DNA from: Utricularia gibba
Lineage: Eukaryota; Plantae; Magnoliophyta
Assembly: GCA_002189035.1 (NCBI GenBank)
Contig: CM007989.1
Location: forward strand, 6,386,001 to 6,450,000
DNA: 64,000 bases
Direction: 5' to 3'
Shown here: positions 36,155-49,630 of the stretch, piece by piece
How positions within the stretch are numbered: position 1 is the first letter of the stretch
Layout: every line of letters begins with the position of its first letter
The notes under the pieces: generated by a model
Seen by the model: only the letters and a program-made list of their open reading frames with translations
Databases searched by the model: none
What the model was told of the DNA's origin: nothing
Made by a program: the position numbers and the translations under genes

Positions 36155-39100
36155 TCAACTGATGAGATCGCCCGGCTGCCACCGTGACGGAGCGCTACAT
36201 CCAGTAGATTCAGACGCGTGTGTATCTGCATAGGGCTGTCGGAAACACTGCGCATCATCCATTCTCGCGACTGAGTTCGGAGGAACTGCCGCCTGCATAT
36301 CATCATCCATTATCGCGACCGAGTTTGGAGGAACTGCCGCCTGCATATCATCATCCACTTCTTCATATGGAGGAGCTGCAGTGGGGCTGCGAGCTTCGGC
36401 AGCGTCTTGCTTTTGGACATCGCAGTGAAAATTCGAATCAGATGCAGGCGTTCCTCGCATCGATTGTCCGGCCAGAATAGGCTTCTGCAACATGTCGACT
36501 CCTGGGAATGCAATGAGGCTCATATACTTCATTTCTAGCCTCTTGGATTCCTCAAGTGGGACGAATCCGAATACGTTGGTCCATGTATCATTGAGCTCGG
36601 ATATTGCTGGGATAACAAGTTTCTCTACGCCAAGTGAGCTGAGAACCTGATGACAATTTGAGCAGATGTTGCAGTTGCTGAGATGAAGCGAGAAATCATG
36701 AAGACCTTGGAAACATAATGAGAAGGCGTACCTTTTCAATGGCACCTAGAAGCCGACTGCACATCCCTTGACGGCGGTAGATATGCCGAGTTCCTATGAA
36801 CGGCATCTCAGCCAGTGGACTCCCGTGAATTCTGTTTCCAGTATCATGGAACAGGGTCAGTGATTACGGCCCTCAGAATGCAGGAATTTGCAGCACAAAA
36901 CCCAGGAGTTTCTTTTGATTTTTCGAATGGAAGCACAAAGAACTCAAACTAGAGAGCCTTTGAACTGGAAAAGCAGCAGTGTCAAAGAATGGAAGTGGTA
37001 ATAAGAAGGATCCTGAGAGTAAGTTGACCTGATAGATGCAGCAGACACAAATTCATCGCCCTTCTCTAGGATAACAGTAAGAAATCTCTCAAAGTTTAGC
37101 CTTCTAATGTTTGACCTGAGAGCAAAAATGAAGAGATATCACTGCAATTTAAGCTCCCACAAAAACAGAGGAGATACGGCAGATTTTCGACGGTGAACTA
37201 CTCACCCACAGCTGTACACTACGTTGTGAATTACGCTAGAACCACTCCGCTCATCTGTTATGGGTTGAAAGCATTCATCCATGATATTGAAAGCAACAGC
37301 TAACTTTGAATTATTCTCTAAGGATGAGATGTCACCATCCAGGGACACCTTGGGAGTGAAATTGCGAAACTGAAGGACTGTGTAGGAAAAACCTTCCTCG
37401 AGTTCAGTTCTGAAGCCAACAAGATCCTTCAACTTCTGGGAAATCTGTATGCAAAAGATAAATATCGGTAACAGGAGAAACTATAGGAAAATTGTACGAG
37501 GCAAACATGCCCTTATGAGAACTGCTAGATCATACCTGAGCAGCATCTAAAACAGATCAAAGTAACAATACTAAAAAACTCGAAAGATAAGTTTTTTAGA
37601 ATTCGGGGCAAGAAGAATACTCCCTTTCCATGCGTAAGATCACACAAAACTCATACCTTATAGCATGCCTCTCCACAAAAGGACAGGCTTCCTTCCTCAG
37701 CAGTCATCTCGATGGTGCAATCCACATGAACTAGAGAAGTAGACAGTTCAATATATTTATTGTTGGAATCTTAAGAAGGGTGCAAAAACTATAGACCCTT
37801 GATGACCAAGGGAATAAAGCACAGGCTCACATTTCTCATCACACATATGGCACCCAATTAACTTATTCCTATCTGAGGGTTCTTCTGCAGTCCCGCAGAA
37901 CTTGCAGGAACAGTAAACGCAGTGCCAATCTCCAGATGGAACCTGCAGCCAACAATATAGAATTCTAAGTTAAGGGTGTATTTCCATAGTTGCTTAGCAC
38001 CACGAATGCATACGTTATCACATTCAAAGAATTAAATAAATCTAAAAAAATAATCTTTAACAACAACGGCCAAAGCAACAAAAAGGCAATTCGGTGCGCA
38101 ATGCATACATCAATGTGTAAACAGCCATGATGGAAGGTTGATGGACAACTATCGCAACAGATAAGGTTGCCACCATCGCCACAGACATTACATGTGTCAT
38201 CGTTGGGATCATCACCATCCACATCAACATATGCAAACCCAATGTCATCAGCTTCCACGTGTTTCTTCCAGGAATCAACAAGGCATTGGTACAGAGAGTT
38301 ACCAGAATCCAGATAAATGTTCTCATACGGTTTTCCATGCATGCTTCCGGCATGAGACTCAAAACCCTTGATCGTATGCAATATATTACAACAATTACAA
38401 CGGATTCCATCTTGTTCAATTGTCCCTTCACGCAGCATCTTTTTACACCTTCCTCTCATATATTTCACTTTTCCACTAACAGGAACAGTTCCATGATCAA
38501 TCATCCAAGATAGCAATGAGCGCTTTCCATGATATACCCCAAAACCATCGTTGTCAGATACATCTTTGGGTCTACGGGCCAACAAAGTTCGTTGTTTGCC
38601 TATGGTACATCCTGATGTGGTCTTGATACTTTTTTTGTTAGCTTTCTTGCCTCTCCCATCGGCTCTAAACAGCAAGCTAAGCGTCTCCTCTGGTATTGGG
38701 ACAAATGCCAAAATATCTTCCTCATTTGCATTTCCATGATCAATCTTCTCTTTGAATTTTTTGTAGGCCAATGTAATTGACCAGTAGCATTTTCCCTCGC
38801 GATCAACATAAACAGCATCATGGTAATCTTTGGATTGCCTTCGCCTGTATTCCACAGACCACCCAGCACTTTTGAGCATAGCAAGTATACTGTCCCTCAA
38901 AAGTTGTTTCTCTTCATTACGCCTCAAATTCGTTTGTTTAGCAAATTTAGCTCTTCCCGGTTCCCCTGTCATGGTGCCATGCTGTGAAGCGTCTGAACTG
39001 CGCGTGAACATCTTCTTTGGTCCAGTTTTTGCAGATTCTCGATTATCACAATATTTCTCATCATCATCATCCTCAGTCATCGACCTCACATTTTCTTTCA

Positions 39101-39833
39101 AAGCCTTGGGAGGCCTTCCTAGCTGTCGCTCCCACTTAAGCTTTCCTGGATCTCTGCAGATGCGGTTACTCTTCCGATAGGCCTCCAGCTGCCCCACTTC
39201 AATATCCTCACAAATTAAAACGGAATCCACAAGTTTATCTTGCTTTTTGGGAGGTCTCCCCCGCTTATGATTAACTGGTGCATTTATATTAGAAACATCC
39301 TTTCTGGAATCCAATTTTGGAGGCTTTCCCCTCTTATTCTTTTTCATCTTCCTGCGAGGTAGTATGGGAGCCACCTCAGTATCAGACATGACTTTTCGTG
39401 GTCTCCCCCTTTTTCTCTTCTCTCTATGAACTAGTGGTGAAGCCTCAGCCTCAGGCCCAGGGTCAGGCTCCAGTTTAGAATCTTCTTTTTGAGGCCTCCC
39501 CCTCTTACCCAATATCTTTATCTCACTCAGTGGATCAATTATCACTCTTTCATCCCTATCCTCTAATCCAGAAGCCTCATTTGCAGGCTTATCCTCCATA
39601 CTAACTATCTCCATCTTAATCACTTGCTTTTCCCCGTCACTCATAGCCACCGTCCTCGATCTCAAAACCCTGCCTTGCTTAACTACACCGTCCGGCCGAT
39701 CCCACCCACCATCACCCACAACGTTTCTCTCCATCTTCTTACGTTTTCTCTCCACCGGCAGTTTGTTCAAGTCGATCGACTCATCTTCACCTTCAGGGCT
39801 ACTATCCGCACTCATTCTCCCCGATCGACACAT
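36155..39833 (-). CDS. IDM1/ROS4-family PHD-finger + GNAT acetyltransferase with N-terminal AT-hooks
   Basis: RGRP repeats; [35 protein letters not shown]; Tify-like [14 protein letters not shown]; [31 protein letters not shown] and [13 protein letters not shown]; [28 protein letters not shown]. First true ATG is at 39833 (the ORF track begins at a TTG). Exact orthologue uncertain. Confidence 0.88.
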
Positions 39834-42800
39834 AAAACACCCACCCCAAATCGTGATTCCTACCAAATAAACCCCAAAGTAAGTTATCCAGAAGCGAAAA
39901 CCTAAAACAATAAAGGGATGCTTGATCTGGAGAGAAAAAGAAAATATATATGATGTATCACCTACGCCTCAAGCAAGAGCAACCGTCACCAACATTGCGG
40001 CCTCTGCCGTCCTACACCCTGAAGTAGCCAGAGTGTGTATCCACTTCATCGTACAGCCTCGCACAATACCAAAATCCGAAGCGCATTGAGCGAGAATCCG
40101 ATCAGGAAACAGGGTTTTATGGCGGCTTTTTGGGGAAGAAAATCATTCTCATAGACACGGTTTCAATTTTGCCTTCCCTTTTATTTGCTTTCTTTTATCC
40201 TCCAAGGACAACGGGGGGAGTCCCTCGCAGGAACGCTTTTATCGTCGAAATTTCCCTCCAATTTATTCTTTTTCTCTAAAGAAAAGAAAACTTTTGAATT
40301 ACGGTACCAGTTTTTTAAATATTATTTATTTGACATGGAATTACAATTCGTTATATTATTTTATTCCAGAAATAAAATAAAGGAAAAACTTCAACTGTTA
40401 TTCATTAAATTACAAAGTATTTATGTAATAAAATTTAATAAATTTAAAAATAATATACACAATTTCATATCGTTCTGAAAAATCAAACAGAATCTTCACT
40501 AGACAAATCAGCAATATAATAAAGTCATATACTAAATATCTCGTAGTCGACATCTTTGCAAGAAAATGATAAAATTGGAAGATTATTACATGAGTAAACC
40601 AAATCCAATTTATTTGTTGTTGTGAACTATGAATCAATTAGCGGTAATCTTTGTCGATTAGTGAAATATTCTCATTGCTTTGAAAATATGGTGACATTCA
40701 ATATAATTCATTGGTTCTTCTTTCATCAATATTTTTCTTTAATGATCAGGATAATACTCTTTTCAAAAGGTTGATTTCAAATTTGAAAAATGTCAAGCTG
40801 TAAATGAACAATTGTGAGAAGATGATTAACACAAAAATATAGTAGTATTGCATTATATTAGAAAATTTTCATTGAAGGATGAAACAACAATATACATTAG
40901 ATTCAACAAATGCATAATAGCATGTAGAAGATGATTAACACTTTATAGTCCCAACAACATCTCAAAAAACTATACTACCTTGTGTTGTTTGATAAGGATT
41001 TATTGAAAATCTAATATACTGTGCTATCAAGGTATCTCATATTTCATAAATTAAACTAAAATATGTTAATTTATGGGTATGGATTCGACTCCTCAACTTA
41101 TGGGGTGAATCAGATGAGTCAATTTTTAAACATATATGGCTTGTTATGTAAACATAATTTCTTGACATGATTCCGTTTAATTTTTTAAGATTCTAATCTT
41201 TGACTCTTTTATAGTAAAATCAGAAATTCAAATTCTGTGATTAACTTCAAAAATTGTTGAATATATGTTTCAGAGATTAAATAAGAAATTAATTATAAAA
41301 ATTATATTGTTCACTTTTTATTTATTCTAAAAATACATTTATATCATAATATTAAATTATATAATAATATAATATATTAAACTTTATAATATATTTTATT
41401 TTATTAATACTTATAATATAATTTTATTTTATCCTACAAAAAAATTTACAATCTAAAACTGATTCTATTCAAACAATCTCAAAACTTAGTCTATTCTACA
41501 TCATCTGAATCAAAAATTTAAAACACAGAACATGCGCATAACTCAATTGGGAATTCATTCCCTTACAATTGATCTTGGGCTAATTGATATGGGCCAGGAA
41601 GGTCTGCGCCAGGCTCATGCTCCATTAGCGCTCATGTGGTCATTCTCTTCAATTCCCCACATCATTTCACTCCTACTCCCATCCATAAAGCGTCGACCCA
41701 TTACTTCTAGACGGGGGCCCCGATCCTTATTAAGTATTCACCTTTTTGTCTCCAAATTCAATCACTCATTCATATTTAAAAAACTACTGTAATTAAGAAG
41801 CACATGTCACATAATTAAAATCATATCATATTTAATAAATGTATTTAGAATAAATACAAAAACAATCAAACTCATAATTGAAAAAAAATCATGTGAAAAA
41901 TGAACATTAAAAAACATCATTAAATAAATTATATCTTTAACAGATACTTATGGATAGGCATAGACAAATTCACCAACACACACGAACTTATACTACAGAT
42001 TAATCATGTTCAGTACAAATCCTAAAATATTTTAAGCTATTATTAGAATACGTCGATTAATCAGAAAAAATTAAAAACAATTGGCACCACACCGATCAAT
42101 GTGCCGGTCTTCACTTCCACCCTAGGGATCAATTTGCCCAACATTCCAATAACAACGACATGTTTGAATTTTCAAGTGTGAAACCTCAGGCAGCTGAGCA
42201 ACCAACCACTCCCTATGGGACAAAATAATGCAGCCCAATGAGACCGATGCTTGTCGACCCTGATTTTTTATTGCTACTTCAATTTGGGTTGGTGACCCAA
42301 CGGCTGCATAACGACAATCAGGCATCACTGGCCTCACACAATCAATAGGCCGTTCGCAACTCCCCGGTTTAAAAGTTCAGTTATTATGAACTGCCCTTGC
42401 ATCTTCACTATTAATATGAGGATTAAATAACAAACGAATTATTTACCTCATCAGGCCTCCATGCCACTAACAGAAGCAATGTCTTGACAAGATGAAGAAG
42501 AAGATTCAGAATGGACATAAGCAAATGCATACGAGCAGTTTGCAGGGTATTCAATCAAAAGGCGTGAAACATGCTGCACATATTAGCTTTACGTGTAAAG
42601 ATAAGTATGGAGGCATGGTGGGGTTGGGTTGGAGCATGATTAGAGTCCTAGAAGGAGGATAATGCGCAACCCCACCACAGCCAGGCATCGGACGGAAAGC
42701 GGCAAGCTTGCATCACATATCTATTCGTGTTCAGATAGGTGATGGCATTGTGTGGCAACATTGGTGTGTTAATGGGTGCAAGTGAAAAGAAGTTGCAAGC

Positions 42801-43173
42801 AATGGGAAAAGGAAAACAGGAGGAGTATAAGGCGTACATTGAATGTGGGTTCCTCTTCAAGCACAAGGTTTGGAGAATCTGCTCCTTTTCCAATGCTTTT
42901 TCTTGTCAAAAAAAGCGAGCGAGCGACTCAGGCCCTACACATGATTGCTGTTCTCTGACGTTACATTCAAGCCAAAATTTGGTGAACTGAAATGAAAAAG
43001 AGTAAGGAAAAAACTCACTGTTACCATTTCTTCAGTGGCAGAAAAGTGTCAACTTGTACACAGAACTGATTCCACTACCACCACTCGGCTCAACTATTAG
43101 CTTCCCCGGGGAGGAGTGGAGGTGAAACTTTTTATAGATTGCCAGTCGGCAAAATATGGCTGACGAGCAATCT

Positions 43174-44629
43174 TCAAAGGTTGTCAACGTTGCAAAATTT
43201 TCCATCAATTCTATTCTGGACAGCTTTGATGGCTGCAACTCTAGCAGCAGTAGCTGCTTTGTTTGCTGCCACAACTGCCTTGCTAACTTGGTCGTCTACA
43301 CGGGGAAGATGAATGGCATTTTCTGATGTTGCTCTTGCAGCCTAAACGGTAAGATGAACTTGAGTCATTGGATAATCTCAAGTGCACGAGGGATTATTAT
43401 AAAGGGTCATTGGGATGCTGGATTGTTACCTGAACGGCAGAGAAAACAGGTTCCGACAGTGCAGGATGTGGCACCTTGAGATCACCGGAATCCCATTCAC
43501 CGCATCTTGTGTCACCAGATCGGAAAGTGTACATACCATAGCCTTGTTTACGGCCTTCATGCCATGAACCTTCATAATAATGACCATTTGCGAAATGGTA
43601 GACTCCGAACCCATGCATTTTGTCTTCAAAATATTCCCCAGCATATCTATCTCCATTTCTGCATAACGATCAATCGATAAATCCAACAGAAAACCACATC
43701 AATCTGTCAAGTTTCAAATAGCTAGTATCAAACCTGAAATGGTAGCAACCAAGGCCATGTTTTACCCCAAACTTGAACTCCCCAATATAGCAGCTTCCAT
43801 CGGCACAAGTTTGAACTCCAATACCATGACTTTGCCCATTAAACCATTCTCCAGCATAAGTATCACCAGTGTAGAACTTAAAGATGCCATATCCGTGTCT
43901 CAATCCTTCCCTATACTGCCCTCTATATCGGCTTCCCTTAGTCCAACTCTCAATCCCAAAACCATCATACTTCCCATCAATCCAATCCCCTTCATATCTA
44001 CCACTGGCGAAGTAATTGTACACACCACTGCCACCAGCTCTCCCTTTGTGGAACTCACCTTCATAAAAATCACCATTGCCGTGCAGCTGCACTCCTTCAC
44101 GGACAATCTTGTGACTATTCTTCTTTACTTTCTTTCTGTCAATTTCATAGGGACCGACTTCTCCGATGTACCATTGAACAGAATCCGAGTGACCTCTAGA
44201 AAAAAGAAAAGGAGCCCTAAACCTGAATCTCTGAGCACACTCATCGCACAGCTGCTTGCAGACGTGAACTCCCCTGGTTGCTAGAGCTTTGTTTTTCGCA
44301 ACAATACAAAGCAACACCGCGACGAAAATTAAAGCTAAAAGTAAGGTCTCAGACGTAGGTATGCTATTTCTATTAAAAAAGGAAACTAAAGTGTATACAC
44401 AAAGCACAATTAGGGCAAGAACCGACGCCAAGCGCGTCGATGAACGCCGCAGAGACGGAGGCGCCGGTTTATCGTGAGGCTTCTGCTCCTCCACATCCGA
44501 AGTCTCCCGATCAGCATCAATCTCACTCACAGAAGACAAACTGTGAATTGACGACCGTATCGTCGGAGATGAACGGAGGAGCGAAGAGTTCGTTCTCGTT
44601 AGCCTCCCCTGGCTCTTTTGTGACTCCAT
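43174..44629 (-). CDS. Transmembrane MORN-repeat protein (often annotated as SET7/9-family-like)
   Basis: N-terminus RLTRTNSSLLRSSPTIRSS, two hydrophobic segments, MORN repeats (GDFYEGEFHKG..GSGVYNY..GRYEGDWIDGKYDG.G), C-terminal AVVAANKAATAARVAAIKAVQNR. Confidence 0.88.
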
Positions 44630-44757
44630 TTTGGATCTTTCCGCCAGTTATCGCTGGGCCAAAGCCCTGTACGGAAGGACTATCATGAATTGTCCGGCAC
44701 GGCGGCGCAGTGGAGGTTTTCAAACAGCAGACTGCAGAGGGGGCGATGTTGTCGCGT

Positions 44758-44800
<43 letters not shown>

Positions 44801-45285
44801 AGGAGCGGTTTTTTCTGAGCTAAATTACAGATTAGGACCAAGTTTTGGTGTGGGTTGTGGGGAATACTGATTCATATGTTGGACGGAAAGCGCGATGACG
44901 TGAACCCAAATCTCAGGGCATTTTTGACCGTCGATGGTCGATCACGTACGCTTCATGACAGCCGTTGGATGGATGTGTTCGAGAGTTCTAGGCGTTGACC
45001 GTCTTCTAGGATATGGACCAGCTGCACCCCACAATTCATGTGGTGATGTTTTGGATATTGGGCTGTTGGGCCCAAAAGCAGTTAGACTAATGGGCTTGTG
45101 GCCCAGCCCAATTGTATAACGGAAATCGTTTGGGAGCGCCAGAAAGAACTTCAAAATTATTTCCAGTTCTCGGGCAAGGGCACCAGTTGCAAAGCTCGTC
45201 AATGGCGGTAGTATCTGCTTCTGCTTGACCTCCTATGGTTTACTAATTTTTCGTGTAGCCCTAGAAATGCTCAAGCTTATTCCCG
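44630..45285. promoter_or_regulatory. Compact bidirectional promoter (MORN gene / MPS1) with GA repeat, MSA element and site II motifs
   Basis: GA tract at ~44760-44800; AGCCGTTGGA (rc TCCAACGGCT, MSA consensus YCYAACGGYY) at 44960-44969; TGGGCC/TGGGCT/GGCCCA at ~45067-45110. Confidence 0.6.
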
Positions 45286-48200
45286 ATGGAGCGGCAGTTT
45301 GACGTCCCGGAGGCACCGGCGGAAGCACGGTTCTTCAAGCCTAATCAGAGTCGCCCAGTCAACATTAACCCTGATTCCATTAATCTTAGCCGCACATTCA
45401 ACAGCTCTATTACTTGCACCTCCAGCACCTCATCGTCGTCCTCGTCTCCTCCTGACTTGGTCAGGCATGTTCAGGCTGCCTTCAAACGACACCGTCCTGT
45501 CGGTATACCTCCTATGTCGCATATTCCTTTTTTAATTATTAGTTGTGTTTTGTTATCAATACTGTCTTTTATTTCCGTCACCTCCAGATGAGGATTTTTC
45601 CCTTTTAAATGATGGATATCTCTATTTGTTAAAGATTTGTGATATGGGATGTGATGCCAGCGGTTGCTTGATAGATTTATGGGAGGGTTTTCTCTGAGTT
45701 TTTCTTGATTCTGCACTGCCGGTTTCAGGTGTGATACAATCCAATAGTATTAAGCCAATGAGAGTTTTAGCTGCTCGACGAGAGATTTCAAAAGAACCAA
45801 ATATGAATTCCAACCCTACTGACAGCAAGAGAAAAGAGGATTTCCCGCAGCGTGAGAAACCAAAAGACTTGACGGCAGACAATCAGGATCATGTATGCAT
45901 AACTCCGCCTTCAGAATCATCAAAAGAGGGTACTTACCCAGATGCTACTCAGGCTGCTCAAACTGGACTTTCTCTGATGCCTTTAAGTAGCAATGTTTCC
46001 AGTTCATCAAGTTTGCATAATTCAAATGGCACAGTTGATGTGATGAGGAAGGCCCATTTTTCTTCTCCAAACCTTCCTGAATACCATGGTAATTTTTCTT
46101 CTCTCTCTTTTTTTTTTTTTTGTCCAGTTTTATGCACTGCAACAAGATTAATGCTTGTTATTTCCAGTTCCACAAAATTTCAACTTAGCACATGACAGTG
46201 GTGTCTCACGTAAATTGACTTGCATCGACAGAAACAGAACGGGCCGAGAGGAATCAAGTGCATATGCCGGATGTTATCAATCAAGTCAAGAATCAGTATA
46301 GCTTCCAGAGCATGGAAGTGAACAATAGCGGTAGGTCTAAGAGTGTATTTTCTTCTTTTTTGGATCAGCAAACACTGGGAGTTCAGGATCATCAACATTG
46401 GCGTGGAGACTTTCTGAAGAAAGATTTGGGCAATTTCATGACACAATCATCCGTCGTTGGGTCATCTTGTGTTACTTCAACATTCAACAACTCAACCTAT
46501 GCTCCTAGGGTCAGTTCCACAGCTTACAACTCACAACCTCTTGGAGAAGCTCCAGATAAATTAGAAGATGAGAAACCATCATGTTCTTTGATGAAATATC
46601 CTGATACCGAGGCAACTTGTAAATCAGCTTTGACCTCTCAGTCGGTCATCTCCTTTACTACCATGCCCTTGGAAAGCAATAAATCATCCAATCCATCTCA
46701 GATGCTGCAGAGCAGTTGCCCACAAAAGCATAATGCGTCAAATTTTTTGCCTCATGAAGGAACCAATCTACAAGAAACTAATGGGACTGATACAAAATCT
46801 CTGCTGTCTCGATTAGATAAAATTACTCCACCAGAGGCAGTTGAAAATCCGAGATCAGATAAATTCGAGGCTGTTGCTACTGGTAAAGCACACTCCACAT
46901 CACGGAAAAGAGGTTATGACCCCGACATGTTTTTCAAAGTCAACGGAAAACTTTATCAAAGACTTGGTAAGATCGGAAGTGGAGGGAGCAGTGAGGTCCA
47001 CAAAGTCATTTCGTCAGATTGCAAAATCTATGCTTTGAAGAAGATTAAACTCAAAGGTCGTGACTATGCAACAGCATACGGATTCTGCCAGGAGATTCAC
47101 TACCTAAACAGATTGAGGGGAAGGGACAACATTATTCAACTAATAGACTATGAGGTATGCTTCTGCTGTTATGCCGTGGCTGCTATGGTTAGGTGTATTG
47201 GTTATATTTGTTTTCAATCGTTTCTTCCATTGGCAAGCAATCAAATGATGGTTCTTATGTTTCTTTGGTTCCGTACTTATAACTGACATCATTGAGCTAC
47301 ACTTTTAATTATTGTCTGCTTTTTTTTCTTAGGTGACAGATAAGACTCTACTGCAGGAAGTCATGGATGGTTCCATGAGTAAGAAGGATGGCAGGGTTAA
47401 AGACGATGGTTATGTGTACATGGTTCTTGAATATGGGGAAATTGATTTAGCACACATGCTTTCTCAGAAATGGAAACAAATAGATACTTCTGACGATAAT
47501 GCATCAATAGATGAAAATTGGCTGCGTTTCTATTGGCAGCAAATACTTCTGGCGGTTAACACCATTCATGAGGAACGTATTGTACACTCTGACCTGAAGC
47601 CAGCAAACTTTCTTCTTGTGAAGGGTTCACTGAAACTAATTGATTTTGGCATTGCCAAGGCAATAATGAGCGACACTACCAACATTCAGAGGGATTCTCA
47701 GGTTTTTCAACATTCATACCAGTTTCTTTTCAGATATACATGCATTCCAGAGCGCCTATTTCCTAAATTTTTAGATCTCTCATGATTGTATTCTCTAGAA
47801 TAGTTCATCTCCGTTCACGCATCCATTTTTTCTCATGCTGCTCCTAATCCAAGTTTGCATGATAACCCAGGTGGGCACCTTAAGTTATATGTCTCCAGAA
47901 GCATTCATGTGCAATGAGATGGATGCAAATGGAATTTTAATAAAATGTGGACTTCCATCAGACATCTGGTCCCTAGGTTGCATCCTCTACCAGATGGTGT
48001 ATGGTCGCACTCCGTTTTCAGAGTACAAAACCTTCTTGTCCAAATTCAAGGTCATAACAGATCCTACTCATGAGATCAAGTACGAACCAGTTTCCAACCC
48101 CTGGCTTCTAGATCTAATGAAGAAATGCCTAGCTTGGGACCGTAATAAAAGGTGGAGGATTCCTCAACTACTCCAGCACCCTTTTCTCGCCCCTCCTATT

Positions 48201-48437
48201 CCAACTGAAAGTCTGAGCTCTCATGTTCAAAGTTGTAAGTTGCTTGAACTTATTACTGAAGCTAGTGGAAAGGATCAGGAAGCTCTGGAGCTGTGCTCTC
48301 AACTGCAGGATATGCTAATGAATCCAAGCTTAGTGGTGCAATCTGATTCGAGTGCTTCAAAGGTGCATCTCCGTAAGTTGTTGTGTAAGGTTTCGACCAC
48401 TTGGCGTCAGCTCCATGAAGCGTTTTCAAACTTGTAA
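45286..48437 (+). CDS. MPS1: Spindle-checkpoint kinase MPS1/TTK (multi-exon)
   Basis: [94 protein letters not shown]. Exon 3 joins in phase using the acceptor at 46231. Confidence 0.94.
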
Positions 48438-48898
48438 CAGACGTACATCAACCATCAGTGATATCACGGATTTTCACCCGTTCTGGATCGAGCAATGATA
48501 TCATTTATGCTAATGTGTTGGAACCATAAGGTTGTTGCAGGCTTCCATGACAATGAATAATCTGGAACCATGTAAATCAAGGTTCACAGGAAGCCTGCAG
48601 AAAAGCTGGGTGTATACTCGGAACAACTGGTTTGCATTTCAAGGTTGGACATCAGCAGAGCTACGGATTCAGATCAACTTTCGGTTTCGGTATTGTATTT
48701 AGAGCTTTTTCTCTTAGCGCAAATCTTGTATGTAGCAGGAATTAATGCTTTCAAACTCTCTGTAGCCACTTGTAAATACATGAAGAGGATGGGTTTGATT
48801 CAGTCATCAGACCAAATGCATATGAGGAAGGATACAGAGTTTTCAATCATCCCATGGTCACAAAGTAGAAACTTGTACAAGTGAAATCACCCTGAAAA

Positions 48899-49487
48899 CT
48901 AAATTTTACCATTAGGCCCGGGTTTGGGTGGAAGCTGCGGGCCCTTGACGATCGGCAGGATATCGCCGGTCGCCTGGGAGCTCGCGTAGGCAAGTGCGGA
49001 GCCACCTCCGAGAATCAAGAACTTAAGCAGCAGCCCCCTCCTGGTGAATGGAGCCGCGAATGTCTCAAAGAACTTGCTCTGTAAGAGTTATTTTAAAAAG
49101 ATCACTGCGCCGAATGTGAATCGTGTACTGGAAAGGACAAAAAAGGCTGATGCTGGTTATTGAACCTGTAGAGGGTTATAAGGGGATGGCGCATCAGAGC
49201 CGTACAAATCCCATTGGCCGGTGGTATTTGGGATGTCTTCCAGATCGAAGTATACGCTTTTGTCACCATACTTGGCAACCACAGCACCGGCCCTGCAACC
49301 AATTCACAAATCAGAATCCGGGAGAGGCGCACAAATTGGGAATGCCCAGACACAAAAATGGTTACTTGATGGGCTTGAAGGAGGCGCGAGATGGCTTGAC
49401 GAATAGCTTAGTTCCCGAGAGGGAGCTGCCGGCGAGGCCGCTAACGGTGGTCGGCAGCACGGCAGTGACACTCGCAATCGAAGCCAT
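48899..49487 (-). CDS. PSAH: Photosystem I subunit H (PSI-H), 3 exons
   Basis: Transit peptide [28 protein letters not shown]; mature [33 protein letters not shown]|[41 protein letters not shown]. Not shown in the ORF track because the exons are short. Confidence 0.96.
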
Positions 49488-49563
49488 CTTATCTTTTGCT
49501 CTGTTTCAAAATCTTTGAGACCACTGAATGTTATGTTTTAAAGGATTAAGCAGATATCGGCTT

Positions 49564-49630
49564 GCCACGTGGAATCCCCAGAAATCAAGCGGTTCACCTC
49601 GTAACGCCACGTGTCCGTGAAGGGATAAGC
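49564..49630. promoter_or_regulatory. Light-responsive module of PSAH: two G-boxes and an I-box
   Basis: GCCACGTGG (core 49566-49571), GCCACGTGTC (core 49608-49613) and GATAAG (49624-49629), 80-140 bp upstream of the ATG. Confidence 0.75.

Noticed and set aside
41075-41100. GGATTCGACTCC resembling a tRNA T-loop / B box
   Set aside because: No A box, acceptor stem or cloverleaf.
41650-41740. USE-like TCCCCACATC followed by ATTACTTCTAGACGGGGG resembling the U1 snRNA 5' end
   Set aside because: The critical ACTTACCTG is not intact, and similarity stops after ~20 nt with no Sm site or stems.
46190-46300. Apparent frameshift in MPS1 exon 3
   Set aside because: Using the acceptor at 46231 restores the frame, so the gene is intact.
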